Positions 22,978 to 32,443 of a stretch of 64,000 bases of DNA are shown here, in pieces (the first letter of the stretch is position 1; every line of letters starts with the position of its first letter). The notes beneath the pieces were generated by a model. It worked only from the letters and a program-made list of their open reading frames with translations, did no database searches and was not told the DNA's origin. Origin of the DNA: Spirochaetota bacterium (GTDB lineage Bacteria > Spirochaetota > UBA6919 > CBDBPB01); assembly GCA_965208615.1 (NCBI GenBank), contig CBDBPB010000007.1, positions 128,001-192,000 of the forward strand, given 5' to 3'. The translations under genes and the position numbers were made by a program.

Positions 22978-24834
22978 TCAGCTTTCAGTTCTAATTTGTC
23001 GAGCATCTCTTCTAATTTGTTCAACATCTCTTCTAATACTTTCTTCGAGACAATTCTTAGCATCCCACCCCTCGTATGAGCCTATCCAGTTGGGGTTTTG
23101 CTTATATGCATTAATATTATGTAGATTATTAAAAAGTTGCCAACCCCATTCAATAGCTCTACCAGAATGGGGATTCATGCCATAATAAGGCTTATTTTCA
23201 CATTCATCATGAGCAGCATAATTAAAAATAGCCTTGACTAACGCTATATCTATACCGCCGGATAGTTGGAATGCAGCAGCCAATAATATAGTCTTCCTCA
23301 AATCTAAGGTTATACCTAAGGTTTCCCCACGTGTAGCCATATGCATACCAAAGAAAAAGTTTCCTAACTCTTTGACTGTCATATAATAGTTATAACAATG
23401 AACGCCGTTAAAGTGTTTACCAGAGCCTCCGCCGTATTCTTTTAAATTTTTAAAGTCATAGATTTGGTTAGTTCGAGAATTCATGATTGTTGTAACTATA
23501 TTATCACTAACTGCAGGACTAAGAAAACCGCTTATCTTATCGCTATAATCGTATATTTTTATAGTGCCTTTTGTATTACTTTCCCTATCCATAAAGGAGT
23601 CCCAAAATATAGTTTCACCTATATACATACCCGTATGATCATATACTTCATTAGAACCCTCATTCACAGCTATAACCTTACGATCCTTATCAATATAGGT
23701 GCCAGGTTTAGAGGTATCAACCTTTTTATTTTGTTCATCTTTTTTATCTTGCTCATCTTTTTTATCTTGGTCATCTTTTTTAGGCTGTGCTGGCTTTTTA
23801 TTTTGTGTTGCCTTAGTTAGGGCACTAGGTTTTTTAGGTATATAGCCGGATTTTTTACCTACTATAACCTCAGTACCTGGTTTTGGGAAATAATGGTTAA
23901 CTCCGTCTAGGGGTACGTTATAGCTATCTTCATCGAGTTTTTGATTTAGTAAGTCAGAGCCCTTTTGTTTTAGGATAACCTCGGATAATAAGTTAATTGT
24001 TGGATCTAGTCCTGTTTTAACGGATCCCACTAAACCTGATGAGCTTAGGTTTTTATATATTTTATTGGCAAGAAGAGGTAGTTCATTTTTGCTTAATCCT
24101 GGTTCAAAGTAGTTATAAGCGTTTTTACCGCTACCTTTTTTAGCAATATTGACTTTTCTTTTTTCATCTTTGCCAATGACGGATACTTCTAAATCCGATA
24201 TACCCTTATCCATCTTAAGATCGTTTGTATTGGTGGATAGGTCTATATTATTGGAACTTATAATTTGTCCCTTTTTCCCATACTTTTTAATACTAGGTTT
24301 TATAAAGCTGTACTTATTGCCGTAATAAAGTTGTTTGCCTATTAGAAACCATTCTCCAAAGGCTTTAGTGGCCAACCTATTTATTATATACCTAACTGAT
24401 CTGTTTGTAAAGGATAATACCTTATACTTATTTATCTTTTTCACATTGGAGGTAATAATACTAACGCCTTTAACCTCGGATATTATATTTTTAATAATTT
24501 CGTCATCACTCATATCCTTAAAGGTTTTGGTAATTTTGTTTTGAGCAAATTTATAACTATAGTCCTCGCATTCTATACGTATAGAGTCTTGGAGAATATT
24601 AACATCCGTAATTACTCCCTCAAAGACCTCTTCAATGTTATTGTTATGTCCAAGGGATACTATAATAGTATTTTCTTTTTCATAGGGATAGCTATCCCTT
24701 CCGCCTTTTTTAAAGAGTTCCACAACGCAGCTATTAGGACGGTTAAGCCTTGTATTTTGAACATGTAGAGATTTTATAATATCTTGTTCAACGCTGTTAT
24801 TAGCGATTTTTATTTTTGCTTTAAAGACTAACAT
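22978..24834 (-). CDS. Baseplate hub (gpD/gp44/VgrG-like) with C-terminal Ntox44-like toxin domain
   Basis: IIVSLG...VFEGVIT...IECED hub motif; low-complexity linker; ELGNFFFG...AAAFQ...AIEWGWQLF at the C-terminus. Confidence 0.7.
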   Translation of the reverse strand: MLVFKAKIKIANNSVEQDIIKSLHVQNTRLNRPNSCVVELFKKGGRDSYPYEKENTIIVSLGHNNNIEEVFEGVITDVNILQDSIRIECEDYSYKFAQNKITKTFKDMSDDEIIKNIISEVKGVSIITSNVKKINKYKVLSFTNRSVRYIINRLATKAFGEWFLIGKQLYYGNKYSFIKPSIKKYGKKGQIISSNNIDLSTNTNDLKMDKGISDLEVSVIGKDEKRKVNIAKKGSGKNAYNYFEPGLSKNELPLLANKIYKNLSSSGLVGSVKTGLDPTINLLSEVILKQKGSDLLNQKLDEDSYNVPLDGVNHYFPKPGTEVIVGKKSGYIPKKPSALTKATQNKKPAQPKKDDQDKKDEQDKKDEQNKKVDTSKPGTYIDKDRKVIAVNEGSNEVYDHTGMYIGETIFWDSFMDRESNTKGTIKIYDYSDKISGFLSPAVSDNIVTTIMNSRTNQIYDFKNLKEYGGGSGKHFNGVHCYNYYMTVKELGNFFFGMHMATRGETLGITLDLRKTILLAAAFQLSGGIDIALVKAIFNYAAHDECENKPYYGMNPHSGRAIEWGWQLFNNLHNINAYKQNPNWIGSYEGWDAKNCLEESIRRDVEQIRRDARQIRTES

Positions 24835-24837
24835 TTT

Positions 24838-25842
24838 TTATATCTCTTTGTTTTTAGCAAGGGCGGGTAGTGTTATTATAATGCCCTCGATTAGTTTAAT
24901 GTAATTATTTGCTTTTCTAATTTTTTTAGCATGTCTTGTGTCATTATAATATGCGTTAGCTATGCTAAAATATGTATCGCCTTTTTTTACAACATATTCC
25001 TTGTCTTTCTTGGGGATTATTGGTATTTTAGCGGTTTTACCTGTATTACCAAGATCTTTAGCCTTTTTCATATCACCGTCTTGTATGGCCTTAAGGATTT
25101 TTTTTAATTCTGTTACCTTATTTTCTTCTAGTCCGAGTGTGTCTTTTGCAAATCCTAGAATTTCAGTAACGCCTTCAAAGCCTTTAACAGCCTTATTAAC
25201 GTATTTATTAAGTTCATCAACTTCTTCTTTGCTAGATGTTTTTCCTTGTAGGATAGAGAGTAATGGATGAGCTCCCATATCTTTATTAATTTTTAAGAAC
25301 TCTTTTTCTAAAGTATGATCTCCGAATACGTCAGCGGCTATTTTTGCAAAGTCATCGCCTTTTTTCAGTATCAGTTTTGAATATTTATTAGCTTTTTTTA
25401 TGCCGTTTATTACTTTTACAATTCCACCTATGGATTCGCTTAGGAATGAGGGAGTACTAGTCTTAGATTTATCTTCCACACACTCGATTCTCATGTCTCT
25501 TGCCGAGTCTATCCCCTCTACGGTGGATATATAATGATTTTCTATAATAACTTTTTTAATATCGTGATTTTCGGTTTCTATTGATACCATAGATAAAGAC
25601 TCTAGTTTTTTAGCCAGATCCCTTATCAATTTAATTTGTTTATTTAGGGATAGGTTATCTGTAGATATAAGACGTCCTGTAATGGTAACTTTAAAGTCGT
25701 TCCATCCTGTTTGACGTTTTACACCATTTTGAGTAGTTATTATTTTACCTCCGCCATGAACCTTAACATCGCATGGACAGGGGATGTCTACTCCACCAAG
25801 CTTAACTTTATTTTGAGGATCTATTTTATAATATTTACCCAT
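24838..25842 (-). CDS. Tail tube initiator-like protein with two LysM domains
   Basis: LKKGDDFAKIA and YVVKKGDTYFSIANAYY...IRKAN; RBS AAGGA before ATG 25842. Confidence 0.75.
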   Translation of the reverse strand: MGKYYKIDPQNKVKLGGVDIPCPCDVKVHGGGKIITTQNGVKRQTGWNDFKVTITGRLISTDNLSLNKQIKLIRDLAKKLESLSMVSIETENHDIKKVIIENHYISTVEGIDSARDMRIECVEDKSKTSTPSFLSESIGGIVKVINGIKKANKYSKLILKKGDDFAKIAADVFGDHTLEKEFLKINKDMGAHPLLSILQGKTSSKEEVDELNKYVNKAVKGFEGVTEILGFAKDTLGLEENKVTELKKILKAIQDGDMKKAKDLGNTGKTAKIPIIPKKDKEYVVKKGDTYFSIANAYYNDTRHAKKIRKANNYIKLIEGIIITLPALAKNKEI

Positions 25843-25881
25843 GGTGTTTTTCCTTTTATTTTGCAGGATTTGATGATAATA

Positions 25882-25961
25882 CATAAAAGCTAATGTAGAA
25901 AATTGATAAGACAAGCACACTTATGCTATATATGCTATATATGCTACCTTTCAGAAAAAGT
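25882..25961 (-). promoter_or_regulatory. Late promoter with 9-bp direct repeats, near copy of 22742-22825
   Basis: ataaaagctaatgtagaaa..tgataag.caag.acacttatgctatatatgctatatatgctacctttc is shared. Confidence 0.6.
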
Positions 25962-26070
25962 ACGAGTTTTTTTTTTAAGAAGATAATCTTCAAAATGACA
26001 AAATTTATCATTTTCGATTTTATAGTCTAAATGCGGTTCAGTTGATATATTGTAGGGGGGGGGGGGAGGG

Positions 26071-26949
26071 TTATTTTTTTAGTAGTTTTGTTTTATAGCG
26101 GTGAAATTTTATTAATGCTTTTTTTGAGTTTTGTTTCCAAAGTTTTAAATATTCGATCCATGTATAATGGGATTCGATTTCTGACAAAGTGGATCTGTTA
26201 TTTTCTTGAGCCTCCTTATTGAATATTGTATATAGCGATTTAACTCTATAGTATTCCTTAGGGTTTAACTCTTTAGATAGCATATCGTTAGGGATGATTT
26301 TTGATAATTTCCTGCCGTGATATTCGAATATAATTTTATAATAATCTGTTTCAGAAAGCATAGTAATTTTATCATCGAGAGCATCTATTAACATGTATCG
26401 GTAATCTGGATAAGTGATAAGATCATCCCATATTTTTCTATACTGAGTAGCAAGCTTTTTTGAGTGGGGTAGCATTTTATTTATTGTAGACTTATCAACA
26501 CTAATTTCTAGATTCTTTTCTAGTTTATGAGTAATACCAGCACCTAAGGGAGTAGTAAGACGGCCCCTAGTCCGCTCTAAATCTATGTTGCTTATTTTTG
26601 GCGTCTTAGATAACTCAGTAAGCTCATCTACACTTTCTATTATAGTACTAAAAGAGCTATAATATGATTTAAATGCTTTAGAGTTAAGAGATATTTTTTC
26701 CCCTTTAACTTTGCTTAAGCTATGGAGATAGTTATTAAACATATCACTCATAGCTACACCATAGTGAATATTAATAAGGTTGTTTTTAAGTTCATAAGCC
26801 AACAACTTTTCATTCATATAGCTATCAAAAATATTTTTATTTAACATAGCTATTATATCTTTATTTCCTTTGTAAGTCAGGTTGTATAAGATAGTTATAA
26901 CGCTTAATGCTAAAACAATTAGGAAGATAATGGATCGTTTTTTTTTCAT
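26071..26949 (-). CDS. Membrane-anchored paralogue of the unknown core domain
   Basis: N-terminal TM; HYGVAMSDMFNNYL, YRKIW and YYRVKSLY motifs shared with neighbours. Confidence 0.6.
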   Translation of the reverse strand: MKKKRSIIFLIVLALSVITILYNLTYKGNKDIIAMLNKNIFDSYMNEKLLAYELKNNLINIHYGVAMSDMFNNYLHSLSKVKGEKISLNSKAFKSYYSSFSTIIESVDELTELSKTPKISNIDLERTRGRLTTPLGAGITHKLEKNLEISVDKSTINKMLPHSKKLATQYRKIWDDLITYPDYRYMLIDALDDKITMLSETDYYKIIFEYHGRKLSKIIPNDMLSKELNPKEYYRVKSLYTIFNKEAQENNRSTLSEIESHYTWIEYLKLWKQNSKKALIKFHRYKTKLLKK

Positions 26950-27022
26950 TATGAACCCTCCAAAAAGTTATGCTGTAAAGTTAGCCCGTAAGGATAGGGG
27001 ATATCAACATTCACCTGCGATA

Positions 27023-27056
27023 AAAGTTAATATATAAAAATGTAGAGTCAAGGCTT
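27023..27056 (-). promoter_or_regulatory. Sigma70-like promoter, shared with 29641-29670
   Basis: TTGACT-CTACATTTTTATATAT-TAACTT on the minus strand. Confidence 0.5.
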
Positions 27057-27090
27057 ATTCTAGTTTTCAGGAAGGGTTAAGAAGTTTTTT

Positions 27091-28791
27091 TTATACATAC
27101 AATAGTTCTTTACTAAAACTACTATTAGGTATATAATCGTTATTGTTCTGGTTACGGATTTGATATGCCTGTTGATAAATCTCACTAATCCCCTCTTCAT
27201 TATTTGGGAAATGCTTAGCGAAGTTGTTAAGATCATTCTCAGTCAATCTATTACCATTATTATAAAAAGGCCTTATATCCTTTTTAATCTGCTTGGGTAG
27301 GCTGTCAGATAAAATCTTCTCTATATTAATTTTATTACTAGCCTTACTAAGAACAGCATTTATAATTCCGCCTTTGTTGGAGGCGTTATTAATCATGCCT
27401 CCAAGGTGGAGAAGCTTTCTCTCGCCGTTATTACCACTATGGCTAGTAGGATTAACTTTAACATTACTCCCTTTCAAAGAACTGATTCTATTATTCTTTC
27501 TCTTATCATAGCTATTTATATAACTATTTACTTCCTTTTCTATATCTTTATATTTATCTTCGATAATGTTATTATAGTAAGTCAATGAAAGTGATTTTGT
27601 ATCTAAAGCATTAGCCGCATATAGAATATCAGCTGTAGAAGCCCCTGTTTTAACTTCCAAATCGCCTAATGTATTTCTATACTCTATTTTTTCACTTAAA
27701 TAATCATAAAGATAATTATCATAGAGCTCTGCATATTTTTTTTTGTTAAGCTTTTTGACTGAATACTTTGGTACCTTTGCCTTTCTAAACTTATTAGCTA
27801 TATTTTTTATGACATCTGTCTCTTTAAATGTTTTTAATAATTTATTTCTATAACAGAAGAAGTCCATCATTTTATCTTGAGAAAACTTGGTAAAAATCCT
27901 AATTAACTTGCACATTCTCAAGCTATTACCAAAAAGCATTGAAGCTGTTGTAGCACGTCCGATAGATATCCTTGCCCTTGCTTTTCTATCAAGTATCATA
28001 TATAACGATCTAGCAAGATAGTATTTATCAAGATTTAAATTAGGCTTAAAATAAGGCTTAGGCAAATTTAGCCTATCATAAAGCCCTCCTTCTGCATCAT
28101 CAAGGTCATCATAATTATATTTTGTAAGAATCTCTTGCCATAACCTTCTATAAGCCTTTACAGTAAGCAATGACTCGCTAATGGCAGACTTATGTATTTT
28201 AATAGGGATATTAATATAATAACCTTTCTCATCCATATTTGATTTTAGTAAAGAATCAATGGAATAACCATACCCTTGAGCTTTTAAGTAATTATTAATA
28301 GCTTTACTAATAAGTGCATGTGCCCCAAAGTTAGTATCAGTACCAAAATCTTTATAATCTAAGTAATTTATCTGAGCTTTTGTCTTATCTAAACTATTAG
28401 AATATTTCTTAAATATCTTGACGTTAAACCTTTTTTCTTTTACTGAGTCATCATCACTTTCTATAGTCTCTAGATTAAGCAAATATTTATGAAACATATC
28501 ACTAATAAACATACCATAGTGGGTACCCATTATAGGAGTTCGTTTCCCCTTATCGAGTGCTTTAGTATGTTCATATATAGCGCCTATTGTTACTCCAATA
28601 AGAGCTGCATAAGGATTTGGAATTCTAGAAGTTGCTGCACTAGTTGCTAATGCTACTGCAATACTATCATAATCTACTCCTGCTTCATTTTTATCTTTAA
28701 GGATAGTACTTTTATTAATTGCCTCATTCTTAATTGCCTTCTTTAATAGATTCATATGGTGATAATTTTTTAAGATACTACTGTTACCCAT
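27091..28791 (-). CDS. Tape-measure-position protein, paralogue 2 (putative cargo/effector)
   Basis: Shares SILKNYHH N-terminus, hydrophobic hairpin, core domain and LTE.....GIS...YQ.AY C-terminus with 29699-31357. Confidence 0.55.
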   Translation of the reverse strand: MGNSSILKNYHHMNLLKKAIKNEAINKSTILKDKNEAGVDYDSIAVALATSAATSRIPNPYAALIGVTIGAIYEHTKALDKGKRTPIMGTHYGMFISDMFHKYLLNLETIESDDDSVKEKRFNVKIFKKYSNSLDKTKAQINYLDYKDFGTDTNFGAHALISKAINNYLKAQGYGYSIDSLLKSNMDEKGYYINIPIKIHKSAISESLLTVKAYRRLWQEILTKYNYDDLDDAEGGLYDRLNLPKPYFKPNLNLDKYYLARSLYMILDRKARARISIGRATTASMLFGNSLRMCKLIRIFTKFSQDKMMDFFCYRNKLLKTFKETDVIKNIANKFRKAKVPKYSVKKLNKKKYAELYDNYLYDYLSEKIEYRNTLGDLEVKTGASTADILYAANALDTKSLSLTYYNNIIEDKYKDIEKEVNSYINSYDKRKNNRISSLKGSNVKVNPTSHSGNNGERKLLHLGGMINNASNKGGIINAVLSKASNKINIEKILSDSLPKQIKKDIRPFYNNGNRLTENDLNNFAKHFPNNEEGISEIYQQAYQIRNQNNNDYIPNSSFSKELLYV

Positions 28792-28855
28792 AGTTATTAC
28801 CTCATATTTTTATTTTTGCCTTATAGGCTAATACTTTATCTTAATATAAAAAGTT

Positions 28856-29494
28856 CTATTTTATATTAGTCCTTTTTTCAAGAGAAAAAAGGTCTGTCTT
28901 GTCCTTAAGCTTGTATTCTTCATCATCAAGCTCATCATATTTATGCTTTTTAAGGCTTCTCCACAGCTTTATATAAGCCTTTACAGTAAGCAATGACTCG
29001 CTAATGGCATAATTATGTATTTCAATAGGAATATTAATATAATAACCTTTCTCATCCCACATATTTAATGTTAGTAAATAACCAATGGAATAACCATACC
29101 CTTGAGCTTTTAAGTAACTATCAATAGCTATATTAATAAGTGCATGTGCCCTAAAGTTAGTATCAGTACCAAAATCTTTATAATCTAAGTAATTTATCTG
29201 AGCTTTTGTCTTATCTAAACTATTAGAATATTTCTTAAATATCTTGACGTTAAACCTTTTTTCTTTTACTGAGTCATCATCACTTTCTATAGTCTCTAGA
29301 CTAAGCAAATATTTATGAAACTTATAGCTCTCTATCATACCATAGTAAGCACCATGATAAGCAATCTTTTTATATTCCTTTTCCTCATTGATTAGTGGAA
29401 GATTTATTATTATAACTCCAACAACCACTAAAAGAGTCACTAACCACTTATATCTAACCAAAAAACTCTTTAAACCATTAACTTGCTTTATCAT
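28856..29494 (-). CDS. Membrane-anchored partial copy of the 27091-28791 core domain
   Basis: ~345 bp nearly identical to 28150-28495; N-terminal TM; RBS AGGGAG. Confidence 0.65.
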   Translation of the reverse strand: MIKQVNGLKSFLVRYKWLVTLLVVVGVIIINLPLINEEKEYKKIAYHGAYYGMIESYKFHKYLLSLETIESDDDSVKEKRFNVKIFKKYSNSLDKTKAQINYLDYKDFGTDTNFRAHALINIAIDSYLKAQGYGYSIGYLLTLNMWDEKGYYINIPIEIHNYAISESLLTVKAYIKLWRSLKKHKYDELDDEEYKLKDKTDLFSLEKRTNIK

Positions 29495-29640
29495 GTATGC
29501 TCCCTATACCAATAAGTCGCTTTTAAAGTGGCAAGGCGACGAGTCGCTTTAAAGGGTGACTGATCACTAAGCTACGTAGCCAGCTACTCTAATGTGACCT
29601 GGCTGTGTGTACACCTTGTGGGTATCATCAAGCCGTCTAT

Positions 29641-29695
29641 AAAATTAATATATAAAAATGTAGAGTCAAGCCTGGTTATGCTATATATGCTACTT
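29641..29695 (-). promoter_or_regulatory. Promoter with two 9-bp repeats
   Basis: TAGCATATATAGCATAA upstream of TTGACT-N16-TAATTT. Confidence 0.5.
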
Positions 29696-29698
29696 TTC

Positions 29699-31357
29699 TT
29701 ACGCTGTATGAGCTAATACTTCTTTAACATTATGTCCCTGAGGAACACTAGAATTAGTTATTTCGTTATAGGCCTGATACAGCAGTTGAGAAATCCCATT
29801 AAGCTTATCTTTATTATCTGGATGACATCTAACTAGCTGGTTAATATTATCCTCAGTCAATATATTATCATTATTTTCAGTATTAGCATGAGAGTCATTA
29901 CTAAAAAGATTTTCCAAGTTATCATTATAGCTAGCTTTGACTACTCTTTCAGTGTTGGCTACTCCTACAGCATTTCTGAGTACCGGATTAAGAGATTTTC
30001 TCCTAAGAGATCTTTTCCTAATAAGATTTGCCAACTTGTTATAGTTATATGCCAAGTTCTTATAATTAGCGGTATTAGCTACTCCAGCTATCTTGTCATT
30101 CTTAGAACCAATTCCTTTAGTGTTGTTAGTATATTCCACATTTGTCTTTGTAAATAGATTACTAATTCTGTTATGATTATCATTTACAAAAAGTCTACTC
30201 TCATCGTTATCAAATGCGGCAGCAAGTATGTCAGAATGACTAACTCCTGTTTCTTTTATTAGGCTATTTATATTTAGGTTATATAAAGAAGCGTACATCT
30301 CTCTAGATTTCACATCACTAGTTAGGTACGGATCTGTAGCATATCTGTATTGTTTTTTTATATGTCTAAGAAAGTTCGCGTATTTACTCTGTAATATTCC
30401 TTTTCTATATCGGTAGAATTCTTCCATTGCAGCTTGACCACTAAACCTATCCCATTCACGCCCTTCTGCTGCTCTTGAGTTAATCTTTAAAATTGTTGGA
30501 TAACTAATATAATGATTAATTGCCTTAGCTTCAGCTTGCTTATCAAGTACCATATATAGTGATCTAGCAGCATAATATTCATTAAGATCAAGGTCAGTAT
30601 CTGGAGTATAAGGTATATTCGTGCCTATCTTAGCATCAAGTAATAGTCCTAATAAACCTAAGTTATTTTTATTATTAGTAATGGAGCTCCACATATTTCT
30701 ATAACCAGTAGCAAAGTTTTTTGACTTACCCTTAACTTTTTTATATATAGCAAAAGGAATAGTAAAAGATTCCTTGTCTTTTAGTACAGTATCAATTGTT
30801 ACTGAATTATTAGAACTATTTCCCAAGTACTCATTAATTATGTCCACAATAGCTCCAGAACTTCCGAATACAGACCCAAGTCCATGTTTACCAATTAGAT
30901 TTTTAGGAATATTACTTACGGCATCTTGTATAGGAGTCCAAGACTTCATATATGAATCAAATGTTTTACTATTAATAACAACTGGCTTATTTTTAGTACC
31001 AATTGATTCTAAGTAATTATCAAACAGCTCACTAATAACCATACCATGATGAGCACCTAATACACTGTAGCTTTTTTTAGTTCGTATATTACGATAGATA
31101 GCTAAACTGCTCAGTAATAACCCAATGATTGTTCCAACCGCGGCTGGTGGAACAGAACTAATACCAGCAATTAATATTGTTAATAAAATATTATTAATCA
31201 GTTTCCTCTGATCTTCATTCTTTTCACTTTTAAAAATACTTTTAACATTTTTATCCTTTTTAATTGCTCTATCTAATAGGTTTTCATGGTGATAGTTTTT
31301 TAGAATACTGGGGGCATTATTCTTAGAAAGATTAGCTATACTACTTGTTTTTCCCAT
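29699..31357 (-). CDS. Tape-measure-position protein, paralogue 1
   Basis: Directly downstream of the G/GT chaperone; 552 aa; hydrophobic segment near the N-terminus. Confidence 0.55.
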   Translation of the reverse strand: MGKTSSIANLSKNNAPSILKNYHHENLLDRAIKKDKNVKSIFKSEKNEDQRKLINNILLTILIAGISSVPPAAVGTIIGLLLSSLAIYRNIRTKKSYSVLGAHHGMVISELFDNYLESIGTKNKPVVINSKTFDSYMKSWTPIQDAVSNIPKNLIGKHGLGSVFGSSGAIVDIINEYLGNSSNNSVTIDTVLKDKESFTIPFAIYKKVKGKSKNFATGYRNMWSSITNNKNNLGLLGLLLDAKIGTNIPYTPDTDLDLNEYYAARSLYMVLDKQAEAKAINHYISYPTILKINSRAAEGREWDRFSGQAAMEEFYRYRKGILQSKYANFLRHIKKQYRYATDPYLTSDVKSREMYASLYNLNINSLIKETGVSHSDILAAAFDNDESRLFVNDNHNRISNLFTKTNVEYTNNTKGIGSKNDKIAGVANTANYKNLAYNYNKLANLIRKRSLRRKSLNPVLRNAVGVANTERVVKASYNDNLENLFSNDSHANTENNDNILTEDNINQLVRCHPDNKDKLNGISQLLYQAYNEITNSSVPQGHNVKEVLAHTA

Positions 31358-31987
31358 TATAAAATTCCTCTAAAAACTTGATATCAGCTATAAGTTTGTA
31401 ATAGTCATCCGATAGCGGTAGGATGGTGGATTCGCTAATATTTTTATTAGGGAACCACCTACCGGCAAGCAAGTATACAGAAGGGTCATATCCCACTTCT
31501 ATAGAGCCAAGTTTTATATACTTACCTTTATTGAGTTCTGTTACCCGCTTGTCTATTAATTCTTTCCCGCTTCGGCTATTCCAACCCCCTCTTTGGTTAG
31601 GAGTATATTACCCAAACTGAGCAGGAAGGTTGCTGGGACTTCGTGATTATCAAAACTTATATCATTAATTAGTTTTAAAGTTCCGCCCTCACTGTTACCA
31701 GCAGCCATGAGCCTACAGATTTGTATATTTTGATCTAACCCATCCTTTGACGGTTTATTAATCACTCTCATAAGCCTTTTAACATCGGCTGAGTGGAATA
31801 TTCCACTAAATTCAAAGTCGGGTTCATGCACTAAATATACCCGTTTATTTTTTTTAATGACAATATCAATCTCAACCTTATGATTGTTAAATGCTTTAAC
31901 ATCCTCGTTATTGTCCAAGAAGTCTTTTGGATCAACTCCGTCTTTAATTTTATCTCTGTGTCTGTGCAAGCTAATGCAGTATATCAT
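31341..31987 (-). CDS. Tail assembly chaperone G (31556-31987) and GT fusion via programmed -1 frameshift
   Basis: G GGA AAG slippery site at 31562-31568 just before the stop; -1 frame open for ~73 codons to TAG at 31341. Confidence 0.8.
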
Positions 31988-32024
31988 ATTTTTATCCTTT
32001 AACGAGTTGGATTAGTCTTTTTAT

Positions 32025-32432
32025 TTATTTACTGGATATTTTAACATCACCGAGTACAGTAAAGTCAATACTAGTTTTGTCATCAGCTGTTTTACCAAGA
32101 TTATATCCGTCATTGCTAAAGCGAGCTTGTTTTATCTCGACTTTTCTACCTTGATCGTCTGTAGCAGTGATATCACAAATTAGATCAGACAGTGTACCGT
32201 CAGTTGATCCTAGTTCTTCAGCAATAATAAGTTTTTCACTTTGTTCTAAAGATATTTTACCCTTATTACTTTCCACAGCACTCGCAGTACTAACCACTTT
32301 ACCATTTCTAAAAGTGTTAGCCTCTTTTAGAGTTTTTGTCCACTCAAGACTTTCGATAGTTACAGTCTGTTTTCCGTTTATGAGTACATCGGTTTTATCT
32401 AAATCAAACTTTTTATATATTTGTTCAGCCAT
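32025..32432 (-). CDS. Tail tube protein
   Basis: 135 aa, beta-rich, directly after the sheath; RBS AGGAGG. Confidence 0.7.
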   Translation of the reverse strand: MAEQIYKKFDLDKTDVLINGKQTVTIESLEWTKTLKEANTFRNGKVVSTASAVESNKGKISLEQSEKLIIAEELGSTDGTLSDLICDITATDDQGRKVEIKQARFSNDGYNLGKTADDKTSIDFTVLGDVKISSK

Positions 32433-32443
32433 AATTCACCTCC

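Noticed and set aside
22863-23063. 66-aa ORF as toxin immunity gene
   Set aside because: Overlaps the toxin 3' end out of frame, has no clear RBS and no recognisable features
13551-29494. Complete diversity-generating retroelement
   Set aside because: No reverse transcriptase, Avd or clear non-coding template repeat in the window; kept only as a weak hypothesis
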